Counted from the first letter of the whole stretch, positions 23,480 to 35,806 are shown. The stretch is 62,352 bases of DNA, filler included, from 10 parts of 10 records of this genome joined end to end with filler, not necessarily neighbours in it, one strand, 5' to 3'. Notes: a model not told the origin generated them from the sequence alone. Translations and numbers: made by a program.

Positions 23480-26083
23480 CTAAGAGGGGTCAAAAAACAA
23501 GTCTTTGGATATCGATTTCACCCTCGGTACGAAGCCACCATCTTCTGGGCGTGCCCATAGCAACACGGGTGTTGTGCCCGGTTTGTCGTCCCGGGCTCTT
23601 TGTACAAAGCGTGTAGAACCGATCATTTGGTCGCAAGGTACATGGGAATGACCAAACAGGTGAACCACTGGCTGAAGCGTGGTGACTAAATTCTGCAGCT
23701 CCTTCGACCACATGAAAGCTTTCAGGTTGCTCGGACCGGGGTATATATCTTCGCGCGGAGCAAAATGTGAGTAGGTGATGAGAGGCATGCCGCTCCCACA
23801 CATCAGAGCGTGCGCAGCCTCGTGGTTAAGGCTATTGAATATCCGGCCCGGGGTCTGGTCAGCACTACGGGCATCGGGTTGCAAAGGCCATGCTATTGGC
23901 TCGAGTGTTTCCTTGTCGCAATGCCAACCGAAGAGTGGACAGACCAAGATGTTCCCTAGGGCAGCAAGACTCACTGTCACACCAATCTCTCGACACATAT
24001 CCAGGATTTCAGAATGTTTCTGCATCGCGTCCATGCCCTCATCGCTTGTGTGCTGCCACAATTCGTGGTTCCCTGGGCAGAAGAACACGTGCTTAAACTT
24101 CTGCTTCAGGCAGGTGAGAACAGACCGCAGCCCAGGCAACGACATGTGCACGTCCCCGGCTGCGATTAACGCATCATTGGGGCGAGGCTCTAAGCTCTCG
24201 ATCCAGCCCACGTTCTTACGTTTCTCACAATGCAGGTCCGACACTCCCCACAGCCTGTCCACGTGGCCTAAATCTGGGCAGTTATATTCCTCCACCCAGC
24301 CCACTGCTTCTTGTCTTTCTTGTGGATGTACCGGGGAGGCCACAAGTCGCTGGGGCATCCGGCTGATTACAGTAGCGAGTATCCCGAATGTCCTGCCAGC
24401 ATACTGTGAGTAGGCTAAGACGAGCAGTGGGCTCACCGCTCACAGTTCAAGACAAGCTGCACTTGGAGGGCCGCTTCAGAATCCATCGGTTTGAGGTTGT
24501 CCTGCACGCCAACAGCTCAGAGCCCGCCTGCACTGGCAGCCAACCTGGGACGCCCACTCGTTCAGCATGAGGAGAGCTTCTTCCCTTGTTGGCGTGCGCC
24601 GGAGCTTTGTCTTAGTGAAAGCCAGGTGAAGCCCTTCGACAATCCGCTTCAAGACCATAGGGTCTGCTGCGCGTGATCCGCTGCGAGGGCGTGTAGCTTC
24701 CTCAATCGGACCGTCTTCGCTACAGAGCGAGTGATTGATCAACAGGTCGGCTCGCCGGGCCGGACGCCCACCGCCGCGAGGGGTTGTAGCTTCCTCAATC
24801 GGTGATGGCACCCGGAACTCAATCGGTGATGGCGCCCGGCACTCGTAAAGTTCCGCGATCGCCCTGATGTCCTGCGCCGCCTCGCGCTGCTGTCGGATTC
24901 GTTTGCTCATCTGTCCGGTCTTTTTGAGCACCAGGGCCTCCAACTTCTCGTGCACTGCAGTGGACATCTCGCCCAGCTGAGCCTTCAGCGAATGAGGGTC
25001 AATGAACCGGGTCCGGCCCTCTGCGTCTGGGTTAACACTCGGGACGAACTCGGCCGCCTCGAGCAGCAGACTTTTGTCTTGGATGAACCCACTCCGACAC
25101 AGACTGAAAAAGTCTTTGAGTGTCGAGAACATGCCTCCAAAACTTGCCTCCCAAGGCTCTCGGAGCATCCCGCCATAGTAATCCTCTTGCTCCTCATCAT
25201 CCGTTAGCTCACTCATCGTTGCCTCGGAATTCGTGTTGAGCGACACGCAGCTCTCGTAGGCCATGTCCTGACTGTTGTGCCGCCATCCGTACAGCACCGG
25301 CATGATCGAGCCTCGGTTGAGACTCAGCCACTCATTGTGCAGCAGCTGGATCAGCGCTTCGGCCGCCTCGCTCTTGGCCCGCTTGAGCAGCTCGTCAAAG
25401 GTCTGCATCGTCAGCGTGGTAGGGCCTTTAGCCATCTGCTGCTGCCACTGCTCCAGGGTTTCCGAAATACTCGTCATCGCCCCCGGGGCTGCCCCCGAAT
25501 GAAACAGCAGCGCCGCCGGCGGCCCGACATCATCGTGATCGCCCCCGCCCCCGTCCCCGAGCAGGCTCAGGATCTGCTGGCAGGCCTGTTTAGACTTTTG
25601 GACGTATTCGCTCCCGAGCTCGGAGAGGGTCTTCTGGTCGTCCACCTCCAGACTGGAAGAACTGAACAGACACATCGGGGACTCGACCGGGCGGAGCTGC
25701 TTCAGATGCCGGATGGTCTCGAGCCCGCTCATCCCGGGCATCAGGTTGTCCATCACCACCATGTCCCAATGCCGGTCGCTCCCAAGCTGGACAAACTCCT
25801 GCCCCGAGGCAAACGTGGTCACGCGCACCCCCAGCCGGGTGAACTGCTTGGTAAACAGCCGGCGCGAGAGCGGGTCGTCATCCACCAGGGCTATCGCCAG
25901 CCGGCCGGCCGGCGCGTGTGTTGGCGCAGGGGGTGGGGCTGCGATGATTGACTCCGAGACCACCACGAGCGACTGCTGGAGACGGGTGATTTCGGCCTGG
26001 CCGAAGCCCGGCAGGTCAGCCAGCTCCAGGATCTGGTCGATGAGCGCCTCCACCCGCTCGGCGGCTGCGGAGGCCTGCGGCAT
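23480..26083 (-). CDS. Response-regulator receiver domain fused to a calcineurin-like metallophosphoesterase (2 introns)
   Basis: REC motifs LVDDD, MDNLMPGMSG, LFSS, YVQK; phosphoesterase motifs SDLH, AGDV, PGNHE, SHF, GHSH; GT-AG introns at 24502-24544 and 24393-24436 join them in frame. Confidence 0.8.
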
Positions 26084-26249
26084 CGTGTCCCTTGCCGTGG
26101 TCAAGCGTTCGTCAATCCGCGGATTCAGCTGGTCAAGCTCCTCAACGATGTGCGGTTGTTGTGCGAGGCGCGATTTATTGGGCAGCTGTTCGAGTCGTTG
26201 AGTGGACTGAGGACCAGCAGAGCACCACACACGGCCAGTAGCAGGGGAG

Positions 26250-26714
26250 ATGCTCCGCCTGACCACACGGGGACTCGCCCGAGTCCATTTCGAGCAGTAC
26301 GCGTGCCGCCGACATGTCGCCGCCCCAATCCGCCGGCTTGCCGCCAAGGCGGACGAGTTCGCCTCGATGATGGAGGAAGAGATCGGGCTGGACGACACCA
26401 GCCGGACCCGGGCCCCGGAGCGGTCGCGCCAACTGAGATTCTTGGAACTGGCGTTCCACGATTTCGACCTCAACAAGAACAACGAGCTGGACGCCGGGGA
26501 GCTCCGCGTGGCGTTGGAGTCTCTGAACGTGCCGGCGGCCGACTCGGACAAGGTGTTTTCGCTGCTCGATTGGAACCAGGACGGGGTGGTGGACTTGGAC
26601 GAGTGGTTGAACCACATGCCGGATGCGGTGCTCAAGATGCTGGGCGATCACGCCAAGGCCGAGAGCTGGCGCAGGATGATCGATGACAGTTCGTCCGAAT
26701 TCCGCGAGGATTGA
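26250..26714 (+). CDS. Two-EF-hand protein with putative mitochondrial presequence
   Basis: DLNKNNELDAGE and DWNQDGVVDLDE; Arg-rich, acid-poor N-terminus. Confidence 0.8.
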   Translation: MLRLTTRGLARVHFEQYACRRHVAAPIRRLAAKADEFASMMEEEIGLDDTSRTRAPERSRQLRFLELAFHDFDLNKNNELDAGELRVALESLNVPAADSDKVFSLLDWNQDGVVDLDEWLNHMPDAVLKMLGDHAKAESWRRMIDDSSSEFRED

Positions 26715-26785
26715 AGCCCATCCGCACTTTGTATAATGTTCAGGCACACTCGATATGCAGATTGTGTAATAGATCTATAGTTAAA

Positions 26786-27295
26786 CTACATAGTTAGCGC
26801 CCCTTGGCTCTTCTTGTGCGCTCGTGTGCCACCCGGTTGTTGCCAATAACTTGCCCCGGTAAGCTGGCCTGCTAACGCGACCCCGTTGGTGGCCATCGCG
26901 TAACGAGCCTCCGGGACAGCACTCCCATCCAGCAGCTTCTGGCACTGCAGCGCCCGGTCCTGTAGCCTGCCCCCTCCCTCCGGCCGACCGGCTGCCCTCG
27001 GCCCGCACCGCTGCCACAGCTCGGCCATTGATATCTGCCCTTGGCTGGCCCGCCCTGCTCAGCCGGGCCCGAGGCCAGGCCGGGTGCCTGTGCAGCCGGC
27101 CGGAGTGCTCCATGGCCTGCAGGCACCGCTCCTCGGTCGCTCGGGAGCTCAGCTTCCGCCTCTTCCAGTCAAACCTTTGGCGGACCTGCCCGCCCAATCA
27201 GACCTGCAGCAGCCTCGCCGCACCACGCGGTTCCTGATAAACACGGGCTCCGGCTCCGCAGCCGCCTGCTGCCCGCGTGGCTGCCCTCCCCGCGT
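26786..27295 (-). CDS. Hypothetical protein, 5' partial, probably 2 or more short introns
   Basis: GC-rich coding-like segment with plausible 42-43-nt introns, ending at TAG 26786 in an AT-rich spacer. Confidence 0.35.
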
Positions 27296-27395
27296 NNNNN
27301 NNNNNNNNNNNNNNNNNNNNNNNNNNNNNNNNNNNNNNNTTAATTAATTAANNNNNNNNNNNNNNNNNNNNNNNNNNNNNNNNNNNNNNNNNNNN
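27296..27395. other. Artificial contig linker
   Basis: N-run/TTAATTAATTAA/N-run. Confidence 0.97.
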
Positions 27396-27443
27396 CCGCC
27401 CGCCGACGACCCGCTGACGTTGTACTGCCCCACGCCCGTCTCG

Positions 27444-27815
27444 TCAATGGCGATGGGGAGAATCGTCCCGTTCGCAAAGTAGTGGGCGTACGCGATGATC
27501 GAGTTCCTGAAGCCGCTGCCAGCACTCCTGCTCCGTGTCCGCGGTCTCGTACGAGATCTGCGTGGAGGACCACATCCACCAGTCGTCCATCCTGAAGCCC
27601 AGGTTCCCGCGCGCGAGGGTGCAGTTGCCCCGCCCCGTGTGGGAGCAGTCGTGCGTGGCGTACAGATACGCGGTGTCCGGGTCGCTCGCCCAGACGTGGA
27701 CGTGGGGGTCGGCGAGGCCGACGCTGGGCATCACAATTGGGTTTGACCCGCGGGCGCCGCTGATCAGGGCGGTGAGCCCCAGCACGGCCGCGGCGCGACT
27801 GAGGTGGCGGCCCAT
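27444..27815 (-). pseudogene. Secreted GH43-like glycoside hydrolase N-terminal fragment (truncated or frameshifted)
   Basis: Signal peptide followed by NPIV...GLADPHVHV...YLYATHD...FRMDDWWMWSS; the expected DLV follows only in a shifted frame and similarity then ends. Confidence 0.55.
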
Positions 27816-27984
27816 CGCGCCGTCAGTCATCAGGCACTGCACCGTCGCACAGAACCGTCTTTCTTCTGTTGTTTACGACCTGTAGATCTACCTGGTACTT
27901 AGCGTGGCCTGTGATAGATCCACGGCACAAAAATTCATAGCGGGTGCGCATACATATATGTACTCGTATAACGTGAATAAATTG

Positions 27985-29552
27985 TTATATAAAGTGTGCT
28001 CTGAGAATCTCGCGTAGGGCTTGACGCTCACTCTCGAATCCTGCAGCAAGATTCACCTCCTGTATATCAAATACGCCGTGCATTGAAGCGGTCCTGCCCG
28101 TACAATTGTAAAGCTCCGTCTCGACAAGTCCAGTCGGGCTCCAATCAGCAACAACTTGGTTCACATCTGTGGTGTTAAAAGGGTTCCACTTGCGCCACTC
28201 AATGTACCGCCAATCATCCGTCCGTACGGCAAACCCCATGTAGCTGAATGACGTGGCCGGCTTCTCAAAGCAGGCGCCGCGCTGCACCACATCCAGCCGG
28301 CCTGCGGGCGGACAGCGAGGATATTGACTAAACGCTGCCTGCTTGAGCCTCGCTCCACTGGACCTCAGCACAGTGCTCAGGTCCACCCCGTCCAGCCCAT
28401 CTGGCGGTGGTAGGCCAGCCAGCGCAGCTGCAGTCGGATAGATGTCCACCAGTTCCGCCAATTCAGTGCTCCGGCTTGGTATCGGATGAGCTGGATCGTG
28501 GATCAGCAGTGGCACTCTTGCAGTGTTCTCAAAGAGCATCTTCTTCTCCCATTCGCCACTCTCCCCCTGTCCCAATCCCCAATCAATGGCACCGCAGCCA
28601 GCTGACATACCATGAAGTATCCGTGGTCTGCGTGGAACATGATCACTGTGGTCTTGTCCAGCCCCAGCCGCGCCAACTGTGACAAGAGCAGCCCGACAAG
28701 ATGATCCACAAAGCTTATCGCAGCATAGTAATGCTTTCGGACCTCGATTTGCACCTCTTCCGGTACTGGCTGTGTCCGCGGATCCCACGGGTATTTGGAG
28801 CCGTTAGCCAACCCAACCCCAAAATTGACTATCATTGCAAGGTCAGGGACTGAACTATCCATTGTCCTGTGGCGTGCTGCTGGTATAGTCGCATTAGCAT
28901 ATTGCTGCCACGCGAATTCTGGGGCTATGTATGGCGCATGGGGTCGGTGGAAGCCACAGCCAATATAGAAATTCCTACTATCATTCTTAGCTCGCTCCAA
29001 GTGCTCAACTGTTTTAAGGTACGTCTGGTAGTCTTCTTGCCACGGCAGCGCGTCATTGACGCAGAACGTGGAGGCCGGTGGCGGGCATCGCTGCCACGTG
29101 GGCTCAAAGTAGCCGGATCTGTCGGGCTCGGGGCTCCACGATAACGGCTCGTCGTGATTCGGCGGGTTAGTACTGTGGTACAGCTTACCAGCGCCGTAGG
29201 CGACATACCCTGGCTGGCTTTTGAAGTATTGGGGCATCGAGACAGCGTGTGGCCGAGCCTGTCGGAAGTAGTTGATGAAATTGAATGCCTTGGTGTGATT
29301 CGGCACCAGCCCAGTCATAAACGAGTTGCGCGAGGGCGAGCAGATTGGCTGTTGGCAGTATGCGTTCTCGAACACGGTGCTCCGGGCCGCCAGCGCGTCG
29401 AGGTTGGGCGTCTTGACCTCTGGGTGGCCATAAAACCCGAGCGACGTGCGCAGGTCATCAGCGACGATGTGGAGCACATTACGGCGGGTCACTGCACTGG
29501 CAGCACCATCACAGGCCATCAGCGCGATCAGGCAGGCTGCCCACAGTGCCAT
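27985..29552 (-). CDS. Secreted iduronate-2-sulfatase-like (S1 family) sulfatase, 1 intron
   Basis: NVLHIVADDLR, TPNLD, CSPSR (FGly motif), GKLYH, GFHRPH, DHG, ELVDIYPT; intron at 28567-28610. Confidence 0.9.
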
Positions 29553-29640
29553 AGAGTCGCAAACTTCCGTTATTTTACCGTGTCAACTGCCAGTGATTGC
29601 CGGAGGTGCACCTTCGCGATCCTTGTGTCGGAGCTTGATC

Positions 29641-30264
29641 ATGGGGAATACACCGCCTGCAGCCGAGTCCGAGGATCCCAAGGTCCGTGGCACCACGATG
29701 GTTGCCAGGGTCGGCCCTGGCGGCAGGGTGATTGCCACACACGAGGTGGTTGCCACAGAGGCCATGGACCAGGACCTTGAGAGGATCGCTTCCTCCGACA
29801 GCTCCGGCTCAGGCTGGGTGGGCTCGTTCACTGACGAGTACGAGGGCATGGGGATGCACCCACAGACCCAGGGGTTCGCCCCCGTGTGGAACCTGGAGAT
29901 TGCAGACAGCGACGAGTTCACTCTCACCTCTAGCGAGGGCTACGACTTCACTGGGTTTAACATGTCCTCCTCTGGGCAGTATGATGGGGACCTGTTCAAG
30001 CGAAAGCGGTTGGTGTGCGGTTCAGTGGTGCCTGGTGCGGATGAGTGCATCATGCGTGTACGCAGCGTCGAGATCACAACAACGAGCAATCTCGACACCC
30101 CGAAACAGGGCCGGTGCCGGCCTGACGATGCCCCAGTGGTCACGAAAACAGAGAGATCGGACGAGCCTTTCGAGGTTGTGATGCGGAGAAGCGGTGAACG
30201 TTCAATCTGGATCTGCCAATCTGACCGGCTCTATCACAAAGAGATCGAGCTTCGAGAAATCTGA
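29641..30264 (+). CDS. Hypothetical protein (possible N-myristoylation, MGNT)
   Basis: 207-aa ATG ORF divergent from the sulfatase. Confidence 0.6.
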   Translation: MGNTPPAAESEDPKVRGTTMVARVGPGGRVIATHEVVATEAMDQDLERIASSDSSGSGWVGSFTDEYEGMGMHPQTQGFAPVWNLEIADSDEFTLTSSEGYDFTGFNMSSSGQYDGDLFKRKRLVCGSVVPGADECIMRVRSVEITTTSNLDTPKQGRCRPDDAPVVTKTERSDEPFEVVMRRSGERSIWICQSDRLYHKEIELREI

Positions 30265-30610
30265 GCTACACAGAGGCATCGGTTTATATATACTGCAATG
30301 GAGGGAGGGACTGAGGGAGGGAGCGAGATTGCAGCTGCTGCACCCGGGGCGGGGCGGCGCTAGCCTGATAAGATTGTGGGCGCTGAATACAGTACGGTAC
30401 ACCTAGAATACATTGCGGCCGAGTAGGAAATGCGAAGTCCTCTCGGAGCCATACGAGTACGTAATAGGTATCACGATGGGTTTCAAGCGACGGTAGATAG
30501 ACGGTAGTGGGCTTTAATTCTCGACTAAACTTTTGCGTCACTGTAAAAACAAAGACAACTCTAACGTCTGCTAACGTCTGGCTAACGTTGGAATCATGTG
30601 CCACCGATGC

Positions 30611-32233
30611 TCAAAGTTGTGCTGATGCTGCATACGTACGATTAGTATTCACGGCGCGGGTACTCGCGACACTGCTCGCAGTCGCGGTTGATTCCATGGC
30701 CACGCCAACAGAGGCGTCTTCCCCGGGCTCTGTGTGCAGCTCCTGGGCCGCCGTGGTATCGGGCTCTTGTGGCAGGTCGTGATGCAGTTCAAACTGAGTG
30801 TGTTTGGAGTATTTGCGGTGTAGCCGCAGGTAGTCGATTGTAGAAGACAGCATGAACAACACAGAGCCCAAAATAAAGCAAACGACGCCAATGTACGGTA
30901 CGGTCTTTTGCCAGCTAGTCTGATATCCCGGGAAGAAGAATATTGAGCCCACTACGAACAAGAACGTGCCGGCGAATAGGATGTCCCCTGCGATGATGAC
31001 CAAGTCCTCGTCTGTCCACCAGTAGAGATGATGAAGCCAAGGGTCCGAATGGTCGTACTTGAGGGGCGAAGCGAGCAGCGCCAGCTCCTGGACACATCCG
31101 CGGCCTGCGGCCAGCATCAGGCGGGCGGCGGCATGGAGAGATTTCACCGAGAATGACCGCCAGCAAGTAAATAAGGCTTCCAGATATGAAGAGCCAGCAC
31201 GCGTGAGTGAGCTGCTGGTCCTCTCCGTCGGGCCAGACGTGATACAAAGAAGGCAAGAAGAAGACACTCCCAACGATGTAGATCAGACCACCCGAAATGT
31301 ACGACCAAGCTTGAAGCCGCTGGCACTTGATCACAAACCTGCACAGAATCAGCCAGTGGTTCCAATAGCCGCACCGCTGGTAGAGCATAGCCCTCTGGTA
31401 TACTTCTGAACTCTGGTCTGAGTCAGAGGACGGGGCCTCAAGCACCACTGCATCCTCGTTCTCAGCCCCGAGCTCTCTCAGCAAGGCTTCCCGTTTATCG
31501 GCACGCGAGACTGGGGAGCCCACTTCTCCTCTCGCTTTCTTAACGTGAAGGAGCAGACTCAACCGACTTGGCAGGTTGCTGTCCGTGCTCCGCCTCATCT
31601 CCGGCGGCTCGTGGCCCACTGTCCCTGCGTGGGTCTGTCTCAGTTCGGGGACAGATTCGTCCGTTTCCCTTGCCTCCCGCGCCCGGGCTTGATCGTACGA
31701 GTAGGCGAGCTCGCGTGGCGGGTTCCGTGAGAGCGAGGAGTTGGTGCCAACGCTGTCAATCGATTCGCCCTCGCGTGACGGGTTCCGTGAGAGGGTCCCG
31801 TCGCCGGATCTATTCCGCGTCAGGGCTGCGTGGTTCCGCTTGTACCGCCGGATGTATTCCGAGTCGCTGGCCAGCTCGAGGAAGTATTCCTGGCCCCGCT
31901 TGCCGGCGATTTTAAGGGCGGGCCGACCTTGTTGGAGAGTTGCTTATTTAGAAGGCTGTCGATCTTCCGAGTGGCCCCGAGCTCGGCGGTCAGGCGCCAG
32001 AGCTGCATGATGGCCGCCAGGGTGTAGATGATGGATCCTGCGACGTACAACCAGGCGCCCCAGGTGTTGTAGGCCCGGGTGGCGTTCGCATCCGCCGTGT
32101 GCGGGTGGCCAAGGTTCGGCCAATAGAGTACAGACCCGACTACGAACGTCGCGCCCGCTACGATCAGGCTAGCACTGATCAGCAGCTCAGACCAGGCCAC
32201 CTCGACCTTGCGCCGGTACACAACGAATCCCAT
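30611..32233 (-). CDS. Membrane protein with three YrhK-like helix-pair repeats (2 introns)
   Basis: Three copies of F/Y.VGS..[FY].P...[WC].[FY]..GS...; two short GT-AG introns link the three ORF pieces. Confidence 0.75.
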
Positions 32234-32268
32234 CCGCTGCCTCGCTTGATATCCTCGGCCGGCGAGTC

Positions 32269-32287
32269 ACAACGGCTTTACAACGGC
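32269..32287. promoter_or_regulatory. Tandem ACAACGGC (Myb-like) motifs in a 98-nt bidirectional spacer
   Basis: Two identical 8-mers 11 bp apart between divergent ATGs at 32233 and 32332. Confidence 0.5.
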
Positions 32288-32331
32288 CGGAGATCGTGGT
32301 CAACCTTGGGTGGCGTGTTGACCTCACCACG

Positions 32332-33121
32332 ATGAGCGGCACGGCGGTGGTGACTGGAGCCTCTCGCGGGATCGGCCTGGCGGTGACCGCACGCCTGCTG
32401 GCCGACTACCCTAAGCTGTCCGTGCTCGCCGCCGCACGGACCGCCCAGGAGTCGCCGGGGCTGGCCGAGCTGGCCGCTGCTCACCCCGGCCGGCTGCATC
32501 GGCAGCCGCTTGACCTGACCGACCAGGGCTCGATCGGCCAAGTGGCGGCGGCGCTGGGGGACGCGCCGTGTCCGTTGCTTTTCCACGGGGCGGCGCTGAT
32601 GCATCCGAGCGGCAAGGGCGAGAACACGGTGGGCAGACTGGCGCTGGGAGAGATGTCCGACGTGTTCCAGACCAACGTGCTCGGGCCGGCCGTCCTAACC
32701 GGGGCGGTGTGGTCTGGTCTGCGTCGAGCGGCCAAGAGCATGCCGAGCAAGGTGGTGGCTGTGGGGGCGGGGGTCGGGTCGGTGGGCACTAACGCGGCCG
32801 GGTGAGGGCCGGCTGTGGTGCGGGGCGCTCACCGGCGGGGGCAGTGGCTGGTACTCATACCGGCTGTCCAAGACTGCACTGAACGCGCTGGTGAAGAATC
32901 TGAGCATCGAGGGCGCACGGTACGGGGTGCTGAGCTGCTGCTTGTATCCAGAAATGGTGGACACAGAGTTTGCCAAGCCGTATGTAAAGAACAATCCTTA
33001 CCCTCAGCTCAGGACCCCGGAGGAGACGGCCGACCGGATGCTCGAGCTGATTGTGGGCCTGGACAAGGCGGGGAGCGGCGGGTTCGTTAATATCTGGTCA
33101 AGGCAAGATATCCCGTGGTGA
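32332..33121 (+). CDS. Short-chain dehydrogenase/reductase, C-factor/CsgA-like, 1 intron
   Basis: VTGASRGIG, GGWYSYRLSK (YxxxK) and P.MVDT; intron at 32802-32844. Confidence 0.9.
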
Positions 33122-33262
33122 TTAATTTTGTGCCGCCTGTAGATTTACTAGATTACGTGCGACTGACGGCTCTACGATCCGTGGACTTTTACGTAGTACT
33201 TAAACCTCATGAGGTTGTAGCAACAGATTTGATCCCAGACCCGATTCCAGATAAGTGTAACA

Positions 33263-33362
33263 NNNNNNNNNNNNNNNNNNNNNNNNNNNNNNNNNNNNNN
33301 NNNNNNTTAATTAATTAANNNNNNNNNNNNNNNNNNNNNNNNNNNNNNNNNNNNNNNNNNNN
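33263..33362. other. Artificial contig linker
   Basis: N-run/TTAATTAATTAA/N-run. Confidence 0.97.
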
Positions 33363-33443
33363 TTAGATGGTTATACTTTATAGGCGGGTTTTATTGAAAG
33401 CTTTAGTCAGAAAGCTTTATCCTTAGTTACATCTGATTAAATT

Positions 33444-34592
33444 TTACTCGACCGGGCTGCGGCCATTGTTCAGCGCCTTGTAGATGTAGTCCGCGTCGGC
33501 CAGAGTTGCCTGCAGGTCCAGCCCGCCCGACAGCGAGTTAGCGTATTTTAATATCTCGTCGAACTCGAGTCGCTGCTCGATCAAGGCCGATCGGTGCCTG
33601 GCCAGCACCGCCATGCACACGTAGAGCTCAAACTCGGCCTCGGGTGGGCAGCTCCAGAGCCGCTCCCAAAGCTGGATCACTTGGCCAAACTCAAACTCGC
33701 GCTTGAACAGGATGAGCACCCAGCGGAAGCAAAAGTAAAAGTCCAGCGCGTTCTGGCCCTCCAAGTACTCCCAGAGCCTTTGATCGTATCGTTGAACCAG
33801 CTCAGCCAGCCGCCGGAGCTTGGCCTGGGCCCGGGGCTGTCCATTCACAAAGTTCCCGGCCATCTGCCTCATCAGCCCCCCGAAGCACACAGCGCACTCT
33901 GTCCGTTGGTCGGGGCCCACCACTGCGACGATCGGTCCGAGCAGGTCCGACATCCCTTGGCAGTAGCCAGGCTCGGGCCTCAGCCAGGCCTCCACCCTCA
34001 GGATAGTGCCCAGCAACCGGCTGGCCGGGGCGTCCGCCGGTCCGAACAGCTCCTGGTTCCGGTCGGTCCGCACAACGTCCTTCTGGATCGCCTGGGCGCA
34101 CTCCTCAACAGAGGCCCCAGCAGACATCTCAGCCAGCGCAGCTTCGATCTCAGCCGCCGTCTGTTGGCGCACCGTCTCCCGCTCCGTGCTGGTGGACTCC
34201 CACCCAAATCCGCCGGTCAGAAACGGCCACACTTGCCGCCGGGCCTCCGGGGCTACACCGGCTCGGTAGATCCGCCGCCTGAGCTCGGCCGGGTCGCAGA
34301 TCCGGTCGTCCGGCCCGAGCATGCGGCGCCAGGCGTCCAGCGACACCGGGACCGGCGTGTGCGGCCCCCGGAGCTCGAGCGAGCGCTTGCGCAGCTGCCG
34401 CATGGCCGGGCGGCCGGCCTCGAGCTGCTCCCGGATCCCGGCCAGCTCGCCCCGGAGGCTCGCGGCCTCCCCGAGCATGCGCTCGACCCGGGAGCGGAGG
34501 GCAGCCGTCTCGGCCCGCCCCGCCCGCAGCCGCTCGATGTCCGCCTCCAGCACCCCGGCCGGCTCCCCCAAGCCCTCCCCAGCACTCGCCAT
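33444..34592 (-). CDS. Rab-GAP TBC protein, TBC1D15/17/Gyp7-like
   Basis: RRQVWPFL, IQKDVVRTDR, GYCQGMSDLL, FCFRWVLILFKREF and LWERLW. Confidence 0.9.
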   Translation of the reverse strand: MASAGEGLGEPAGVLEADIERLRAGRAETAALRSRVERMLGEAASLRGELAGIREQLEAGRPAMRQLRKRSLELRGPHTPVPVSLDAWRRMLGPDDRICDPAELRRRIYRAGVAPEARRQVWPFLTGGFGWESTSTERETVRQQTAAEIEAALAEMSAGASVEECAQAIQKDVVRTDRNQELFGPADAPASRLLGTILRVEAWLRPEPGYCQGMSDLLGPIVAVVGPDQRTECAVCFGGLMRQMAGNFVNGQPRAQAKLRRLAELVQRYDQRLWEYLEGQNALDFYFCFRWVLILFKREFEFGQVIQLWERLWSCPPEAEFELYVCMAVLARHRSALIEQRLEFDEILKYANSLSGGLDLQATLADADYIYKALNNGRSPVE

Positions 34593-34663
34593 GCAGCTTT
34601 CGGTTGACCGGCACCGGCCGGGCGCTTTGCAGCTGGTGAGCGCGCCTTGGTGGGGAGCGCGTG

Positions 34664-35806
34664 ATGTATCGGCGCTACCGCACCTCCGACCCGAACCGGT
34701 ATCAGCGGAGCAGCACGATCTTCGATGGGGGGACACTAGCCGCAATCGACCCTCAGGGCCCCACTATCGTGGTCTGTGGCGGTAGCCGGACAGACGGCAC
34801 CCGTGTGGAACCTGTGGGCGTTCTCAGCGTCTACGATCCAACCACCAAGCTGGGCTTCGTCGACCACGGCGCGCTGTCCCCCAGCACACGCTCACCGGCC
34901 GGCAGGCGGCACCGCGCGCTCGGGGGAGCACCCCGACTGGCTGGCTGAGACGGCCGAGTGCGCTGACCAGGTGCGGTAGCATCGGACTGGCTGATCGGGT
35001 GGCAGGAGGATCTGATGCTCTTGGAGGCCAAGGTGCTCGAGCTAGAGGCCCAACTGGAGGCCAATCAGCTCGAACTGGCCGCCCAGCGGCGACCAACTGA
35101 ACAAGTCGACCAGCGGGCCTTGCAGTTGGCGCCGCCCCTGGCCGAGCAGCGCGAGCTGCGTCAGGCCACCACCCGGCTAGCCCAGCAGACTAGCGAGCTG
35201 GCCCGAGAGAGAAAGAGGTCCGCTGAGCTTGAGCTCGAGCTCCGGAAAGCCCAGGCCAAGATCACTCAGGCAGCCCAGAGCCCTGACACTGACCAGTCTG
35301 CCGCGGCCAAGGCTAGGCTGTCGCAGTTGGAGCAGGAGCATTCGCAGATGGCCGAGCGATTAGACCGGGCCAATCTGGTGCGGAGCCGGCAGCTGGCGGT
35401 GCTCGCTCGGTCGGAGATTGGTCGGCGGTTTGAGCAGGTGGAGGCAATGATGGACGAGCTGGGCTGGGCCGAGCCGGTTGAGCGGCTGGTGTTCTATGGG
35501 CAGCAAGTGCACCGGCAAGGTGAGCTGATGCTCATGATCGGTGCAGAGGCCGTTCGGCACAAGTGCTGGTTGTTGAATGAGACGCTTGTGCTAGCCGGGC
35601 CGGAGGATACGGCCGGGCAGCGAGCTGTGAGCATAGTGGAGCTAAACACAGCTGAGCTGGAGCCGAGTGGAAGAGGGTTTTGCTTGACGGGGCCAGAAAT
35701 AGAGAGGAAAGAGTTTGTAGTTGCTGAATTCAGTGGAGATGGGGCGGCACAATGGGTTGAAGCAATACAGCGACGGCAGGATTGCTATAGAGCGGTCGAT
35801 ATCTGA
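34664..35806 (+). CDS. Coiled-coil plus C-terminal PH-like domain protein (2 introns)
   Basis: Heptad-rich segment followed by RQGEL...CWLLNETLVL...QWVEAIQ; introns at 34869-34905 (GC-AG) and about 34971-35005. Confidence 0.65.

Noticed and set aside
24476-26635. 719-aa ORF as listed in the track
   Set aside because: Its first ~185 codons are the antisense of the EF-hand gene (26250-26714) and the spacer; the plausible start is 26083 and the gene continues by splicing
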